The position numbers and the translations under genes are program-made. The notes below the pieces were generated by a model. It saw only the letters and a program-made list of their open reading frames with translations, searched no databases and had not been told where the DNA came from. A stretch of 64,000 bases of DNA, taken from a virus (Duplodnaviria; Caudoviricetes). The DNA is taken from positions 32,001-96,000 of the IMG/VR virus record IMGVR_UViG_3300024493_000235, one strand, 5' to 3'. Positions 20,745 to 31,136 of this stretch are shown here, one piece after another (the stretch's first letter is position 1; every line of letters starts with the position of its first letter).

Positions 20745-21587
20745 ATGGTATATACACTTGAAGATGTCTTAAATCCAAAGGACATGCATCCGGCCACGAA
20801 AAATATAGTTTTGCAGGCATATTCACAAAGATATAGTGTACTTCGAGGCAGAATTTTGTGGGCATGTTGTCAATACAAAACGTCATATTTTATACATATG
20901 AGAATCCCTTCGGAAAGTCCATATTGTACAAAGATATGGTATGATGTCGTATTTGAATTTTATCCTTTATCAGACTCTGATATAACAGCGGGAACTTTAA
21001 AAAATTATGGAGTTAAAGCATATTCAAATTATCCACCGTTTTTATTTTCATTTACATATGTGTATAATAAACATAATTTACTTATTCCGTGGCTTAAAAC
21101 AAAGTGTTCAAAGAAAGCACTTTTTGATGCCCCTGTAAAAACAAACCCGCACCAAGTGTTAGGTTCCGATATTAAAATGTGGTTTGCGATGTATCACATT
21201 AAAATGATAGGCCTTACAGATAAACGAAAGTTCAAGATAATGATTAATACATCTATAGGGCATATTGCGAAAGTTGTACTGTCACAGGAAACCATGCTTG
21301 TTTTAAGAACAAGAGCTGAAAGGTTTGGAAAAGAAACTGTGAAAGCTCAAGCTAAACAAAAGGCAAAACGAGCTGATTACAATAACAGACAAAGACTTGA
21401 AAAAGCCGCTATAAAAGGTATTGAAAGTCATCTTCGAAAAGAAGCTAACAGAACGGGAGAGCATATTGGATATACGCATACCATGGCGAAAAATCTTGTG
21501 AAGTTAGCTAAGAGTGCAAAAACGGCAAGGGTCATAAACAGAGCGAGAAGTCCAAAGCAATCAAGACAAGCTCGTAGACCTAAGTGA
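20745..21587 (+). CDS. Jumbo-phage hypothetical protein with basic C-terminal tail
   Basis: IPSE...YDVVFEF...YSNYPPF motifs; GAGGT RBS. Confidence 0.7.
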   Translation: MVYTLEDVLNPKDMHPATKNIVLQAYSQRYSVLRGRILWACCQYKTSYFIHMRIPSESPYCTKIWYDVVFEFYPLSDSDITAGTLKNYGVKAYSNYPPFLFSFTYVYNKHNLLIPWLKTKCSKKALFDAPVKTNPHQVLGSDIKMWFAMYHIKMIGLTDKRKFKIMINTSIGHIAKVVLSQETMLVLRTRAERFGKETVKAQAKQKAKRADYNNRQRLEKAAIKGIESHLRKEANRTGEHIGYTHTMAKNLVKLAKSAKTARVINRARSPKQSRQARRPK

Positions 21588-21669
21588 TGCACTTTATATC
21601 TGTTTTGATTATATATAATTGCAACTAAGGATGCAATTATATATAAACGTATAGGAGGGGCACAACCAA

Positions 21670-23235
21670 TTGAAAAAGATTAAGCCTACATTCTCTAATT
21701 CGAAGATATTTTCAGGAGGGGTACATGTAAACTTCTCTAAGTTGTTTGAAAATAATCTTTCGGATTATGAGGACTTTGATCTTTCAGGAAAAAGAACCTA
21801 TAGCAATAATCAAGACTTAATAATCAAATCTCTTAACTCAACGATCAAACTCGACGAAGATAGTGAAATAATAACCAACTATCTTATGGTCATGCACAAA
21901 ATCATAAAACAAAGATTCAAAACCCCAGAATCTTTCGTCGACTCTGTAGCAACAGAAATTTTAAAAGACTGGTTTGTAGCGAATGTAAAAGAATGGGTTG
22001 AAAAAGAATACACTTCAAAGTGTAAATCGCTAAACCGGGAAGCTGCAGAATTTGTAAAAAGGCATGATCCTTCAGTTGTTTTTACAGACGATCATAGCAT
22101 TTTGTTATATCAGCTATCTTATCTGTTTCGTTTTGTCATTCCTCTGTGTACTCATTTTATTAAAGTGTATTCTGATATGATAAGCATGCAGGATACAAGT
22201 GAATTCTATATTGATGCCTACGGTCAGACGTATAAGAACGCGCAGGATGCTATGATACACGGGCAAAAATTATTTAATAAAACAACCTTTCTTTTGACTG
22301 TATGTCAGGTGTGTATTTGGGCTCTTACTAAAGATACTCCAAGTATGAATATTTATGGTAAGTTAAATCACTACATTACGATGATGGTTAAAGGTACTGG
22401 TTACTCCGATGCTGAAATGTGGAATAAACTTATCATGAGGAGCACAAGTAAATACAACCAAGTTGACATAATAATGGCTAAGGTACTTATTGATATTATT
22501 CCAAAAGCTTCTTTTGCCAAAAACATCATCGCTTACATTATTACAACTTGTGAAAGCCATCTTAAGTGGAGCTTCCATATGGATTTTAATATTAACTATA
22601 ATATGATAAATCCTATTTCCGAAGATTCAGACTTCTCCGACGCCGATCGTTTTGATATTAACAGTGTGAAGACCGATGAGCTTAAAAAGATACTCCAAGA
22701 TAACTTCATGGATGACACAATCGATATAATCTTTGAAAGAAAACAATTCGTTGTTGATCCGGATGAATATTCTTGGTATCTTAAGAATAATCGAGTGCAG
22801 CCAATACAAGAAATTATGATACGAAATTTCTTTTCCATACCGTTTGGAGGATATGGCAATTTAGATGGTGTAAACGAAACACAATATACAAAGCTTTTAT
22901 GCTATCTAATCCATTATCTTAAATCTAACGCACAGTTTAAAGTGCTTCCAAAAATTTTAACAGGTGTTATCGCAACTGTAAACGAGAAAAGGCTTTTATC
23001 TAGGCCCATAGAAAGGCGCATTAGAGAATCGAGCCGTTATCAGAATATTGTTTCGAAATATCGTTTTACAGGTAACGTACTACAAAAATCAAACGTCATA
23101 GAACAAACAATTATGACTATCCTTAATTCCAAGATTTTATACAACGAATGGAAGTACAGAAAAAATGGAACTGATATACAACTTTTGGTTGAAGACGTAT
23201 GCGAAGAATACCTTATGTTTTTAGAAAATTTATAA
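21670..23235 (+). CDS. Probable sigma-like promoter-specificity subunit of non-virion RNAP (AR9 gp226/phiKZ gp68-like)
   Basis: 521-aa all-helical protein; FTDDH.ILLY..S..FRF.IP..THF and NIY.KL segments recalled from this family; TATATATAAT upstream. Confidence 0.6.
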   Translation: MKKIKPTFSNSKIFSGGVHVNFSKLFENNLSDYEDFDLSGKRTYSNNQDLIIKSLNSTIKLDEDSEIITNYLMVMHKIIKQRFKTPESFVDSVATEILKDWFVANVKEWVEKEYTSKCKSLNREAAEFVKRHDPSVVFTDDHSILLYQLSYLFRFVIPLCTHFIKVYSDMISMQDTSEFYIDAYGQTYKNAQDAMIHGQKLFNKTTFLLTVCQVCIWALTKDTPSMNIYGKLNHYITMMVKGTGYSDAEMWNKLIMRSTSKYNQVDIIMAKVLIDIIPKASFAKNIIAYIITTCESHLKWSFHMDFNINYNMINPISEDSDFSDADRFDINSVKTDELKKILQDNFMDDTIDIIFERKQFVVDPDEYSWYLKNNRVQPIQEIMIRNFFSIPFGGYGNLDGVNETQYTKLLCYLIHYLKSNAQFKVLPKILTGVIATVNEKRLLSRPIERRIRESSRYQNIVSKYRFTGNVLQKSNVIEQTIMTILNSKILYNEWKYRKNGTDIQLLVEDVCEEYLMFLENL

Positions 23236-23239
23236 AGAG

Positions 23240-24178
23240 GTGTTTATGAGATTGCTGAAAGAAAACGCCAATCTTAATGCACTTTGTCAAAGCGATCTAT
23301 TCAGATGGTATATGGACTTTGTGTTGAATGTCGGTAAAAATAACAATATCGAAATAAGAGGCATAAACGAATTTGATATCAATCTTTTGTTAAAAGATCA
23401 TACTAACGTGGACACAACGTCTGCTGCTATTATAAAAGAGGTGTTAAAACCTATAGATGGCATATCCAAAATTGAATGGATACGAAACAAGTTCACTTTC
23501 GTAGTCTATACAGGGTATTGTCACGATTCACAGACACATATTTCGTTTGTGCCAATACAAGGATATATTGGAAACAACGCACAAGTTCATCAAAATCTGT
23601 GTTCAATGTATACAGGTATCATTTCAGTAGAAAATATCGTTAAGGAAAACTTACAAAATATAGCTCCACAAGAAATGCCAAGATATGCAACGTACTTTAT
23701 GGGAAAAATTCTTGACGAAAAAGATATCTCTGTAACAAAGCATTACTTCGATGAAAACCCGAAACAGAAAATACAAGTTGATAAAGTGTTCAGATTTAAT
23801 GTTAACAACGATTATCTTTTTAACCCGTTAGTTCCGTGCTGTCATCCTATATATCTACAACACAAATTAAATACATTTTGGAATAGATCGCATGAACCTG
23901 AAACTTGGACAAAATTTATAACAGACTCCAGTTATAAATACAAGTGTAATTGCATAATCATAGCTGGAGGACTTAAGTTTTATAGATTTAATCCGAAGTT
24001 ACAATGTATCGAAACACGATACGTTTTACAAGTCCCATTTGCAATTCATCGCATCGATGTAAAATACGTAGGAACTAGGTTATTCAAACTGATTCCGAAA
24101 TTGAGACCTAAAAATACTCAACGAGACGATGATGGTAATACGGACAAAGATGATCTTGAAAGTGAGACACAAGAATAA
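23240..24178 (+). CDS. Hypothetical protein
   Basis: 312-aa ORF in operon; start may be ATG 23246. Confidence 0.7.
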   Translation: MFMRLLKENANLNALCQSDLFRWYMDFVLNVGKNNNIEIRGINEFDINLLLKDHTNVDTTSAAIIKEVLKPIDGISKIEWIRNKFTFVVYTGYCHDSQTHISFVPIQGYIGNNAQVHQNLCSMYTGIISVENIVKENLQNIAPQEMPRYATYFMGKILDEKDISVTKHYFDENPKQKIQVDKVFRFNVNNDYLFNPLVPCCHPIYLQHKLNTFWNRSHEPETWTKFITDSSYKYKCNCIIIAGGLKFYRFNPKLQCIETRYVLQVPFAIHRIDVKYVGTRLFKLIPKLRPKNTQRDDDGNTDKDDLESETQE

Positions 24179-24189
24179 GGAAACTTGAT

Positions 24190-24774
24190 ATGCTCGAAAA
24201 TGGGTTTGATGGGAATCTCAAGCTTCCCATACAAGATTATGATAAAGACGGACATCCTAAAGGAGACTGTAGAGTTGTTTCATTGAAAGAATGGTTTGAT
24301 GAATACGATGCTCTTTCTATCGAGGAGAAAAAGAAACCGAAATACAGAATCCTACAAACTGAAAATATATTTGTGGACGCTATTCCGCATAAAATTTGTG
24401 TACGCGTAAGAACACATCTTCAAAAAGTTATACTGCGTTTTGTACACGATGATGTATTTGCAAATACTGTACCAATATATTGTGGGAAAGATGTAAAATT
24501 TCCATGTCTTGGCGGTGGTATAACAAGGGTAGAGCATTATGGAAATTTTCGCAACGTAAGGGTTCCTGTGAATACATGGTGGTTATACAAAAATATGATG
24601 GCATACAAGAAAGACGCGGTAAACCTATCGGTATTTTCAAACTTGGAAGATGTCCATATTGATCGAAATTTATGTGTCGAACCTCCTGAAGGGATGTATA
24701 CTGTTCGTTTTAAGAAAAAGGATTATGTGTCTTTTACACTTGATAATTCTCTTATCATGTTAGGCACATATTAA
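24190..24774 (+). CDS. Hypothetical protein
   Basis: 194-aa ORF, AAGGA RBS. Confidence 0.7.
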   Translation: MLENGFDGNLKLPIQDYDKDGHPKGDCRVVSLKEWFDEYDALSIEEKKKPKYRILQTENIFVDAIPHKICVRVRTHLQKVILRFVHDDVFANTVPIYCGKDVKFPCLGGGITRVEHYGNFRNVRVPVNTWWLYKNMMAYKKDAVNLSVFSNLEDVHIDRNLCVEPPEGMYTVRFKKKDYVSFTLDNSLIMLGTY

Positions 24775-24778
24775 AAAG

Positions 24779-24808
24779 AATTACGGAGGGCGTTTGCCCT
24801 CCGTAATT
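24779..24808. terminator. Bidirectional terminator
   Basis: AATTACGGAGGGC-GTTT-GCCCTCCGTAATT. Confidence 0.8.
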
Positions 24809-24820
24809 TCTTATTTTTTG

Positions 24821-27800
24821 TTACGGATGTTCTTCTTCATACTCATCGATCTTGTTCTGGACGGATGTCCATGTCGGACCTATAATAGAGTTCACCATAC
24901 GAATGATGTCCTCATCATTATCCGCTTCAAGTTCCAACTGAGTTTTTATATCCGCAAGTTTTTGCTTCATTTCCGCAAGGTTCTCTTCTGTGATTTCAAG
25001 TTCACTTATGTCTGCATCGAGAAGCTCATGGTAATCGGCTTTAAGTCTTGTTACAATGTTTTGAGCATTCTGAATCATTGTTACATACTTCGTAAGGATG
25101 TCACTCCTTCCTTGGAATGTCGCAATTGATTCAGTTATTGCGCTTGGTATCTTCGCAAAAAGCGTTTGGACCGCGGTAATCTTTTCAAGGCTGTCAATTT
25201 CGACATCCGAATCGAATGTAATATCATCAGAGAAGTCGCTCCACACCGAATCGTAGATGTCAACAATCGCATCCCGTGCTTGATTCTGATACCCAGCATT
25301 ATCAAGAATATCATCCGCAAGGTCATTTTGAATGTCTTCGAATGCGCTATACAATGACAGAGCAGCATCAAGATCCGAATTCTCAACATCATCAGCTTCG
25401 AGTTTATCGAGTATATCTTTATGCTCTTCAATGAAGGTGAGTACAGCGCATATACCATCGTAGGTATCGTTTACGTTGTCATACGCTTCTTTTACAAAGC
25501 CAAAGACCACACTATCGTTATAAACGTTTTCGTATTCGGTTTTGAAGATTTTGAGTATATCAACAACATCCGGATCCGATATATTTACAGTTTCCGGGGA
25601 ATCGAGGATACCAACTTTATACTCATCGATGAATTCCTGCGCGAGTGTCCGTTTCGGAAGATCTATCACTGCCAGAAGTCCTTCAAGAGTATCCTGCATA
25701 TCAAAGAGAATGTCGGAGATGATATCGCAGTCATTTCCGTAAATGGTTTCGGCAATCCTTTCGATAGCGGCAGTGAGTTCATTGCGGTCATCTTCCGCTA
25801 TATTGGTTTCGTCCTTTTCGAGGAGTTCTTCATAGTCGTCTTTGATGGACAGTACGGTATTAAGGGCCTGAATTATTTTCATGAAGTCTTCTTCGCTGTA
25901 ATCACTCAATTCATCTTTTACTTCCTGTGCAAGGTCGGAGAATACGTTGTGCGCTTCAATGAATTCATCACGCAACGTTTCGATATCGTCGATATTAATT
26001 GCAGGATCGTAATACCCGTCAATGATGTCAATATATTTCTTGTATTCAGCGGTGAATTGTGCGGCCTTCTCTTGCGGAGTTGGATTCGGTGTCTTAATGG
26101 AATCGAGGTACCCAAGAAGAGCCGTTAAATCGTAATATACCCCTGAAAGAATTGTTGAAGCGCCTTCATCGATAAAGTTAAGCCATTCATCAATAGCTTC
26201 GCTTATCTTGTCACGGTTGTCTTCTGTGATATCACTTTCGGTAAGGTAAACCACATCGCTGTAATCAGCAAGATATTCCTCAACGATTTCAAGAGAGTTA
26301 CGGTAACTCACTAAAGACGCATATACATCTGCAATCTCTTCCTGATCCTCTGTTGACATTTTGTGATATTCTGTAATGGCGCCTTTTACAGCAACAAGCG
26401 TATCAGATACATCTTCAAGATACAAAGTTGTGTTTCCATCAACGATATCGATTAAGTCAGCAAATGCCGAAAGGAATCCGGCAGCATCATAACCGTCATC
26501 TTCATTTCCGGGAGTAGTGCCACCACCAGGATTATCACCACCTGAATCGCCACCATTGTCTTCGCCGTTATCGCCTCCTGTATTGTCTTCCGTACTTTCG
26601 GCAATTTCTTTGAGTTCAAGAAGAACGGTGTGCTCACTTTCAAGTAAGCGTTGTACGTTGACATCAAGAAGTTCGTACCTTTCAATGGCTTCAATGATTT
26701 CATCAAGAAGATCCACGATCGTTTGCTTCTCATCATCAGCCGAAAGTGAAAATACCTCAGGATACGTATTCTTGTAATTCTTAAGAGCGATAAAAAGTCT
26801 TCTAAGGACTTTCAAGTGTTCGAGTTCGTCTTCAAGAAGTTTTTGTACTTCCTCGTCAAGACTATCGTATGCACTGAATGCATATGTGATTTGGAATCTG
26901 TCTTCACGGGTTACATTGTCAACAGTCTTGGCCAAAATACTGGCGTATGTGGTTCTGAAGGTTTGAGCAGCTTCTTCAACAGTTTCGCTGCCTATATCTT
27001 CTCCACCGGATTCATCTCCTCCAGTTCCTCCTTCGTCGGGATCACTGCCACCTCCCTCATTTCCACCGGACTCTTCATCGCCGCCACCATTACCAGTGCC
27101 ACCGCCAGGATTATCACCACCAGAATTGCCGCCGTTTTCATTCGGATCTCCTCCTCCTTCACCTTCATTCGGGTCAGTGCTGTTGTTCGGATCTTCAGGA
27201 TCAACAACAGGTTCACCACCACCGTCGCCTTCTCCGGAATTATCTTCCTCTTCTCGAAGTTCGGCCTTAAGCTCGATATCAAGAATGAAATTAATTCCGT
27301 ATTCAGGAATGTCTTCGATTTTTATATCATCAAAGACAATCTTGCAATACGGAGCGACGTTTACTATTTCGGATGTTGGATGTACTTGAGTTGTGAAAGA
27401 TATATTTTCTCCCCTGGAACCTGATGTGCTCGATACGCTGACTCTGGATCCGACATACAAGCACAATTCATTTATAACGGCTGGACTGTCAACTTTCTTA
27501 AGGTTAAATGCAGCTTGAATTTCGGATTTCGTGATATTACACACAAGATGCTGAATCTTTACAGGGATATCATCTTTATCAAGTGTGCTCATGATATTCA
27601 TTTCGATCGGGCGTTTTGCATAAAACATCCTCATCCACTGGGAGTTATGCATAAACGGCGCATACATGCGATATGCTTCGTATTTCAAAAAGGACATTTG
27701 GGCCGTACAAATCGGAATGGGATTTCCCAATCCGCCGAATAATCCGCCATAGGTGTCAATATCAGAAAATTTGGCAACTGATGGGTATTTTACAAACCTG

Positions 27801-28054
27801 TCCCATGTTACTTTATTTTCTTTATAATCTTCTGTAGTAAGATTCGCCCCATTTCCTACAGCGAATACAATTTCATTGATATTGATGTCTACTGTGTTTG
27901 GGTTATATTGAACGGCTAAATTCAATTTCTTTTCTAACGGCACTAACCATGTAGAAACGCGCTTAATTCCGAATACCGTATTGAGGTATGCATCACGACT
28001 CTGTATTTCGAGTGTGGACATCCTATCCAGGTATTTAAGAGAAAATTTGCTCAT
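24821..28054 (-). CDS. Large acidic protein, probably a virion appendage: N-terminal baseplate/fibre-like domain, Gly/Asp/Asn linkers and helical repeats
   Basis: 1077 aa; INELCLYVG strand; two GGDNPGGGT linkers; AACA-N6-TA at 28086-28097. Confidence 0.6.
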   Translation of the reverse strand: MSKFSLKYLDRMSTLEIQSRDAYLNTVFGIKRVSTWLVPLEKKLNLAVQYNPNTVDININEIVFAVGNGANLTTEDYKENKVTWDRFVKYPSVAKFSDIDTYGGLFGGLGNPIPICTAQMSFLKYEAYRMYAPFMHNSQWMRMFYAKRPIEMNIMSTLDKDDIPVKIQHLVCNITKSEIQAAFNLKKVDSPAVINELCLYVGSRVSVSSTSGSRGENISFTTQVHPTSEIVNVAPYCKIVFDDIKIEDIPEYGINFILDIELKAELREEEDNSGEGDGGGEPVVDPEDPNNSTDPNEGEGGGDPNENGGNSGGDNPGGGTGNGGGDEESGGNEGGGSDPDEGGTGGDESGGEDIGSETVEEAAQTFRTTYASILAKTVDNVTREDRFQITYAFSAYDSLDEEVQKLLEDELEHLKVLRRLFIALKNYKNTYPEVFSLSADDEKQTIVDLLDEIIEAIERYELLDVNVQRLLESEHTVLLELKEIAESTEDNTGGDNGEDNGGDSGGDNPGGGTTPGNEDDGYDAAGFLSAFADLIDIVDGNTTLYLEDVSDTLVAVKGAITEYHKMSTEDQEEIADVYASLVSYRNSLEIVEEYLADYSDVVYLTESDITEDNRDKISEAIDEWLNFIDEGASTILSGVYYDLTALLGYLDSIKTPNPTPQEKAAQFTAEYKKYIDIIDGYYDPAINIDDIETLRDEFIEAHNVFSDLAQEVKDELSDYSEEDFMKIIQALNTVLSIKDDYEELLEKDETNIAEDDRNELTAAIERIAETIYGNDCDIISDILFDMQDTLEGLLAVIDLPKRTLAQEFIDEYKVGILDSPETVNISDPDVVDILKIFKTEYENVYNDSVVFGFVKEAYDNVNDTYDGICAVLTFIEEHKDILDKLEADDVENSDLDAALSLYSAFEDIQNDLADDILDNAGYQNQARDAIVDIYDSVWSDFSDDITFDSDVEIDSLEKITAVQTLFAKIPSAITESIATFQGRSDILTKYVTMIQNAQNIVTRLKADYHELLDADISELEITEENLAEMKQKLADIKTQLELEADNDEDIIRMVNSIIGPTWTSVQNKIDEYEEEHP

Positions 28055-28155
28055 ATATTCTTCTCCTTTAATAAGATAAGGTCTTTATACACATGTTTTA
28101 AGAGCCAATTCTCAATATCACTTTTACGTATATATAATAGATTTAAGGAGATAAC

Positions 28156-28827
28156 ATGAAAAACGAGCTTAAATCCAAGATATACCATCACCTTGAAGAA
28201 CGAGAAAAACTTGTACAGAAAATGCGTGAACAACGTGAAGAGAAGGCAAAAAACTTCATAAAATGGTTTAAATGCACCCTTGAAGAAGTCGCTATTGCTG
28301 TCCATAAACTTGCCGCGGAGGAGATTACAAATCTTTGCGAACAACCGGCAATACATCCTGATAAAGTGGACTATGGTGAGCATTCAATAAAGTTTAAATT
28401 GCTCATTCCACGAAAAAACATCGAATTTCGTCTTGATAAAGGAAAAATTAACACCTTCTCCGCCGGTATGCATTTTAATTCCGAAATGTGTATTTCATGG
28501 GATGAGTTATTTAAGAAAGTTTGCAGGAAAGGGCATATATTCTTTAGAACTCAAACTATGAAAGAATTTGGAATTGTGCCAACTCAGAAAAGCAGCGATG
28601 ATGCAGATACATGCCCTCAAATAGCGTGTAAGTATCTAAGCGAATACGTCTTCGATTTATTTAAATCAGAAGAAGAATCTACAGGAGCGTGTGTTATATC
28701 ACGAACTGATAATGATACATACGCTGTTCTTATAGGCAGAAACTTTGAAGGTTTAAACGTTCATATTCAATTTCACGTTGCGAATCCTGTTTTAGATCCA
28801 GACGTTAAAGTCTACGGATACGATTAA
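28156..28827 (+). CDS. Hypothetical protein (family with 28843 pseudogene and 53439)
   Basis: TATATATAAT at 28129, AAGGAG RBS; F..WFK.TL...A..V motif. Confidence 0.75.
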   Translation: MKNELKSKIYHHLEEREKLVQKMREQREEKAKNFIKWFKCTLEEVAIAVHKLAAEEITNLCEQPAIHPDKVDYGEHSIKFKLLIPRKNIEFRLDKGKINTFSAGMHFNSEMCISWDELFKKVCRKGHIFFRTQTMKEFGIVPTQKSSDDADTCPQIACKYLSEYVFDLFKSEEESTGACVISRTDNDTYAVLIGRNFEGLNVHIQFHVANPVLDPDVKVYGYD

Positions 28828-28842
28828 TCGTAAAGGAAAATT

Positions 28843-29539
28843 ATGAAAAACGAAATCAAAGCGTATATAGACAAGCACTTGGATAAAAGAAAGCAGTCTA
28901 TAAAAGATGATGAAGCATCTATTGAACCCGAAGCAGTGCGTTTCATAGAATGGTTTAAAGAAACCCTTCATAATTTGGCGTTAAACGTGTACGATATTAC
29001 GTATAACGAAATTAAAACCATTTGCGAACAAACTGATCAAAAATCGGACAAAATTGCATATTATCAGGATAGCATTATTTTCAAAATAGCTATTCCAAAA
29101 AGCCGTAATAGATCCGCTATTGCTGCGTATTGGGGTACATGTCAAGATATTTAATCTACGACAAAGTGATAATGGTATATCTTGGTATGAATTGTTTTGG
29201 ATCAACGGAGCTGTTACAAATAAAGTTGGCAGTTTCTTTGAAGCGCGAGCCATGAAAGACTTCGGGTTTAAATATAATCTACCAAATGACGACAGAGAGA
29301 TTAATAACTGTTCCGATTTGGCATGTTATTATTTAGCAGATTATGTCGGCGATTTATTTAAGTAAAACGAAGATGCCTTCATAAACTGCAACGTATATAC
29401 CTCAACTCTTTCATCTTTACCGGATTGTGCCATTGTTCTAAATGTCGAATTTAAAGTCGATAAACCTATACCTGGAGCATCTCAAAAACTTTGTGAGACA
29501 TCCGGCACATCAAGAAGAATTATCGTACCGAACGGATAA
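28843..29539 (+). pseudogene. Disrupted paralog of 28156-28827
   Basis: Similarity continues across a frameshift near 29120-29150 (ISWYELF, MKDFG, LACYYLADYV); the frame stays open past TAA 29363-29365 to 29539. Confidence 0.65.
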
Positions 29540-29544
29540 AACAA

Positions 29545-29733
29545 AAAGAGTCAGGGAGGGCAGAACGCCCTCCCTAAACCATCTTGATGTATCCATGCCT
29601 GGTTAATTGAGACGGTTTTCTCTCACCTCTTGTAGCGCAAGGGGATCTTTGTGAACCGGACACCTAATATGAAGACAACGGAGGTAGGAATCTGGTTCTA
29701 AATTTCTTCTCAGAGATCGTGGCGACGGTCTCT
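29545..29733. ncRNA. Candidate structured non-coding RNA (~190 nt)
   Basis: GC-richer island with 4-5 hairpins and no RBS-led ORF, bounded on the minus strand by AACA-N6-TA (29733-29744) and a T-tailed hairpin (29554-29576). Confidence 0.45.
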
Positions 29734-29760
29734 ATTGTAATGTTTTAAAGGAGCTAAAAA

Positions 29761-30369
29761 ATGGGGTTTAAAAGAGGCGACAAATTCGAAATACGAAATC
29801 TTTCGATGAAAACAAAGATTTCTGTCAAAGCTTGTATAGTCCGTACAAGCGATAACCATTGTGTCAGGATGACAACAAAGACAATCGATCAGATTCCTTT
29901 TGAATTGAAGTTTCGTGATGTTATAATTGATAACACAAACGGCGTTGGCAATAACTTCTTGGGATTCTTTCTTATAAAAGATTTTATAAAAGATACTTTC
30001 GAAAGCAACGAAAAGCACAATCGTAAAATCTCTAACATCAAGCAGATTGTAACCTTTAATGAAGAAAACGTTGGTATTGAGGACGATAAAGAATTTCTTG
30101 ATATCGTTCTTCAAACTGTCGCATTCCCACTAAAAGATGCCACATTGTGTATACAAGGAGATGATTTCACAAACTTAGAATTTATAGTTTGCGATATAGA
30201 TAAATGCAAACAAAAGATGGCGGCAGGAACCAAAGAAGGACACATAACCGTTCCTGAAATTTCTCGCACATTTGTGTTTGCATATTTGACAATTACAAAT
30301 ATCAAGATAGTGTCTCACGAATTTAATCTCGATATCGACAATTATCATACAAACATGAAGGAGGAATAA
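29761..30369 (+). CDS. Hypothetical protein (loose family with 30371, 50987, 53105)
   Basis: AAGGAG RBS; C-terminal LTITNIKIVSHEF motif. Confidence 0.7.
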   Translation: MGFKRGDKFEIRNLSMKTKISVKACIVRTSDNHCVRMTTKTIDQIPFELKFRDVIIDNTNGVGNNFLGFFLIKDFIKDTFESNEKHNRKISNIKQIVTFNEENVGIEDDKEFLDIVLQTVAFPLKDATLCIQGDDFTNLEFIVCDIDKCKQKMAAGTKEGHITVPEISRTFVFAYLTITNIKIVSHEFNLDIDNYHTNMKEE

Positions 30370-30370
30370 C

Positions 30371-30958
30371 GTGTTTGAACAGAAAGGGCGTGTGCTTATT
30401 ATTGGCGCACAGTTAACTCTCGAGATGACTTTGCATATTTGCCTTGACAAACGTGCTGAAAAAGAGGTCGTCAAAGACAGTGATTCGGATTTTGCTGAAC
30501 CAAAATACTTTCCAAGCATAAGGAAAATAAATGTGCCGAAACTTGAATTCACAATTTTCCTTCCTCATATGCTGGAAATCCACCTTGATCGGCATGTAAA
30601 AGATTGCGCCATAGATTTCAGGTGTCCATTGGACGGCAGCTTTGAGCCTATGTTTAACAAAACAAAATTTTCTGTCATAATGAAAGTCAAAGGCGATTGC
30701 TTTGATAATCACACAATTACATCATACGATCTTTTTGAGGTTCCATTGGAAGATGCGCGTATTGCCGTAACCGAATTAATAAAGTCCGCCGAAGCTGTTA
30801 TAACCGGTGAAGATATCAAGAACCTTGACATTTCGTTGAATACATCAAACATGCAGACAAGTTATTATGTCGATGCTTCTGAAGGGACGACCCCTTGTAG
30901 GGGCATGCATGTTTCGATATCCGACATCGCAATTAAAGAAACCGTGTATCATTACTAG
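30371..30958 (+). CDS. Hypothetical protein
   Basis: GGAGG RBS, GTG start; terminator about 30967-31003. Confidence 0.7.
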   Translation: MFEQKGRVLIIGAQLTLEMTLHICLDKRAEKEVVKDSDSDFAEPKYFPSIRKINVPKLEFTIFLPHMLEIHLDRHVKDCAIDFRCPLDGSFEPMFNKTKFSVIMKVKGDCFDNHTITSYDLFEVPLEDARIAVTELIKSAEAVITGEDIKNLDISLNTSNMQTSYYVDASEGTTPCRGMHVSISDIAIKETVYHY

Positions 30959-31050
30959 CGCAAAAAAATAACTCTATAGGAATTTCTTTCTTGTAGAGTT
31001 ATTTTTTGTTTTTAAAGGAACAATACTTTTTTCACGTATATATTATACAA

Positions 31051-31128
31051 TTAAGATATATAGAGAATAGACTATTAGAGCCTTGAATCGTTGATTCGTG
31101 CTTATAGCAATATCCTATATTATCTTGA
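31051..31128 (+). ncRNA. Structured 5' leader hairpin, copy 1 of 5
   Basis: AAGATA/TATCTT and TATAG/CTATA stems; apical GAATC-GTT-GATTC. Confidence 0.65.
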
Positions 31129-31136
31129 GGTACGGT

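Noticed and set aside
26510-27250. CCACC/GGA-rich low-complexity DNA as a non-coding repeat or DGR-like element
   Set aside because: Fully explained by the Gly/Asp/Asn linkers of the 1077-aa protein; no reverse transcriptase or adenine-specific TR/VR pair seen
25135-27742. Long opposite-strand and alternate-frame ORFs (e.g. 25421-26128, 26816-27424; also 45578-46252 and within the capsid gene)
   Set aside because: Shadow ORFs caused by biased codon usage of the real minus-strand genes; no RBS, promoter or protein-like motifs
29650-29733. Group II intron domain V or a known riboswitch
   Set aside because: GAACCGG...CTGGTTC lacks the AGC/CGC triad and domain V geometry; no riboswitch core recognised
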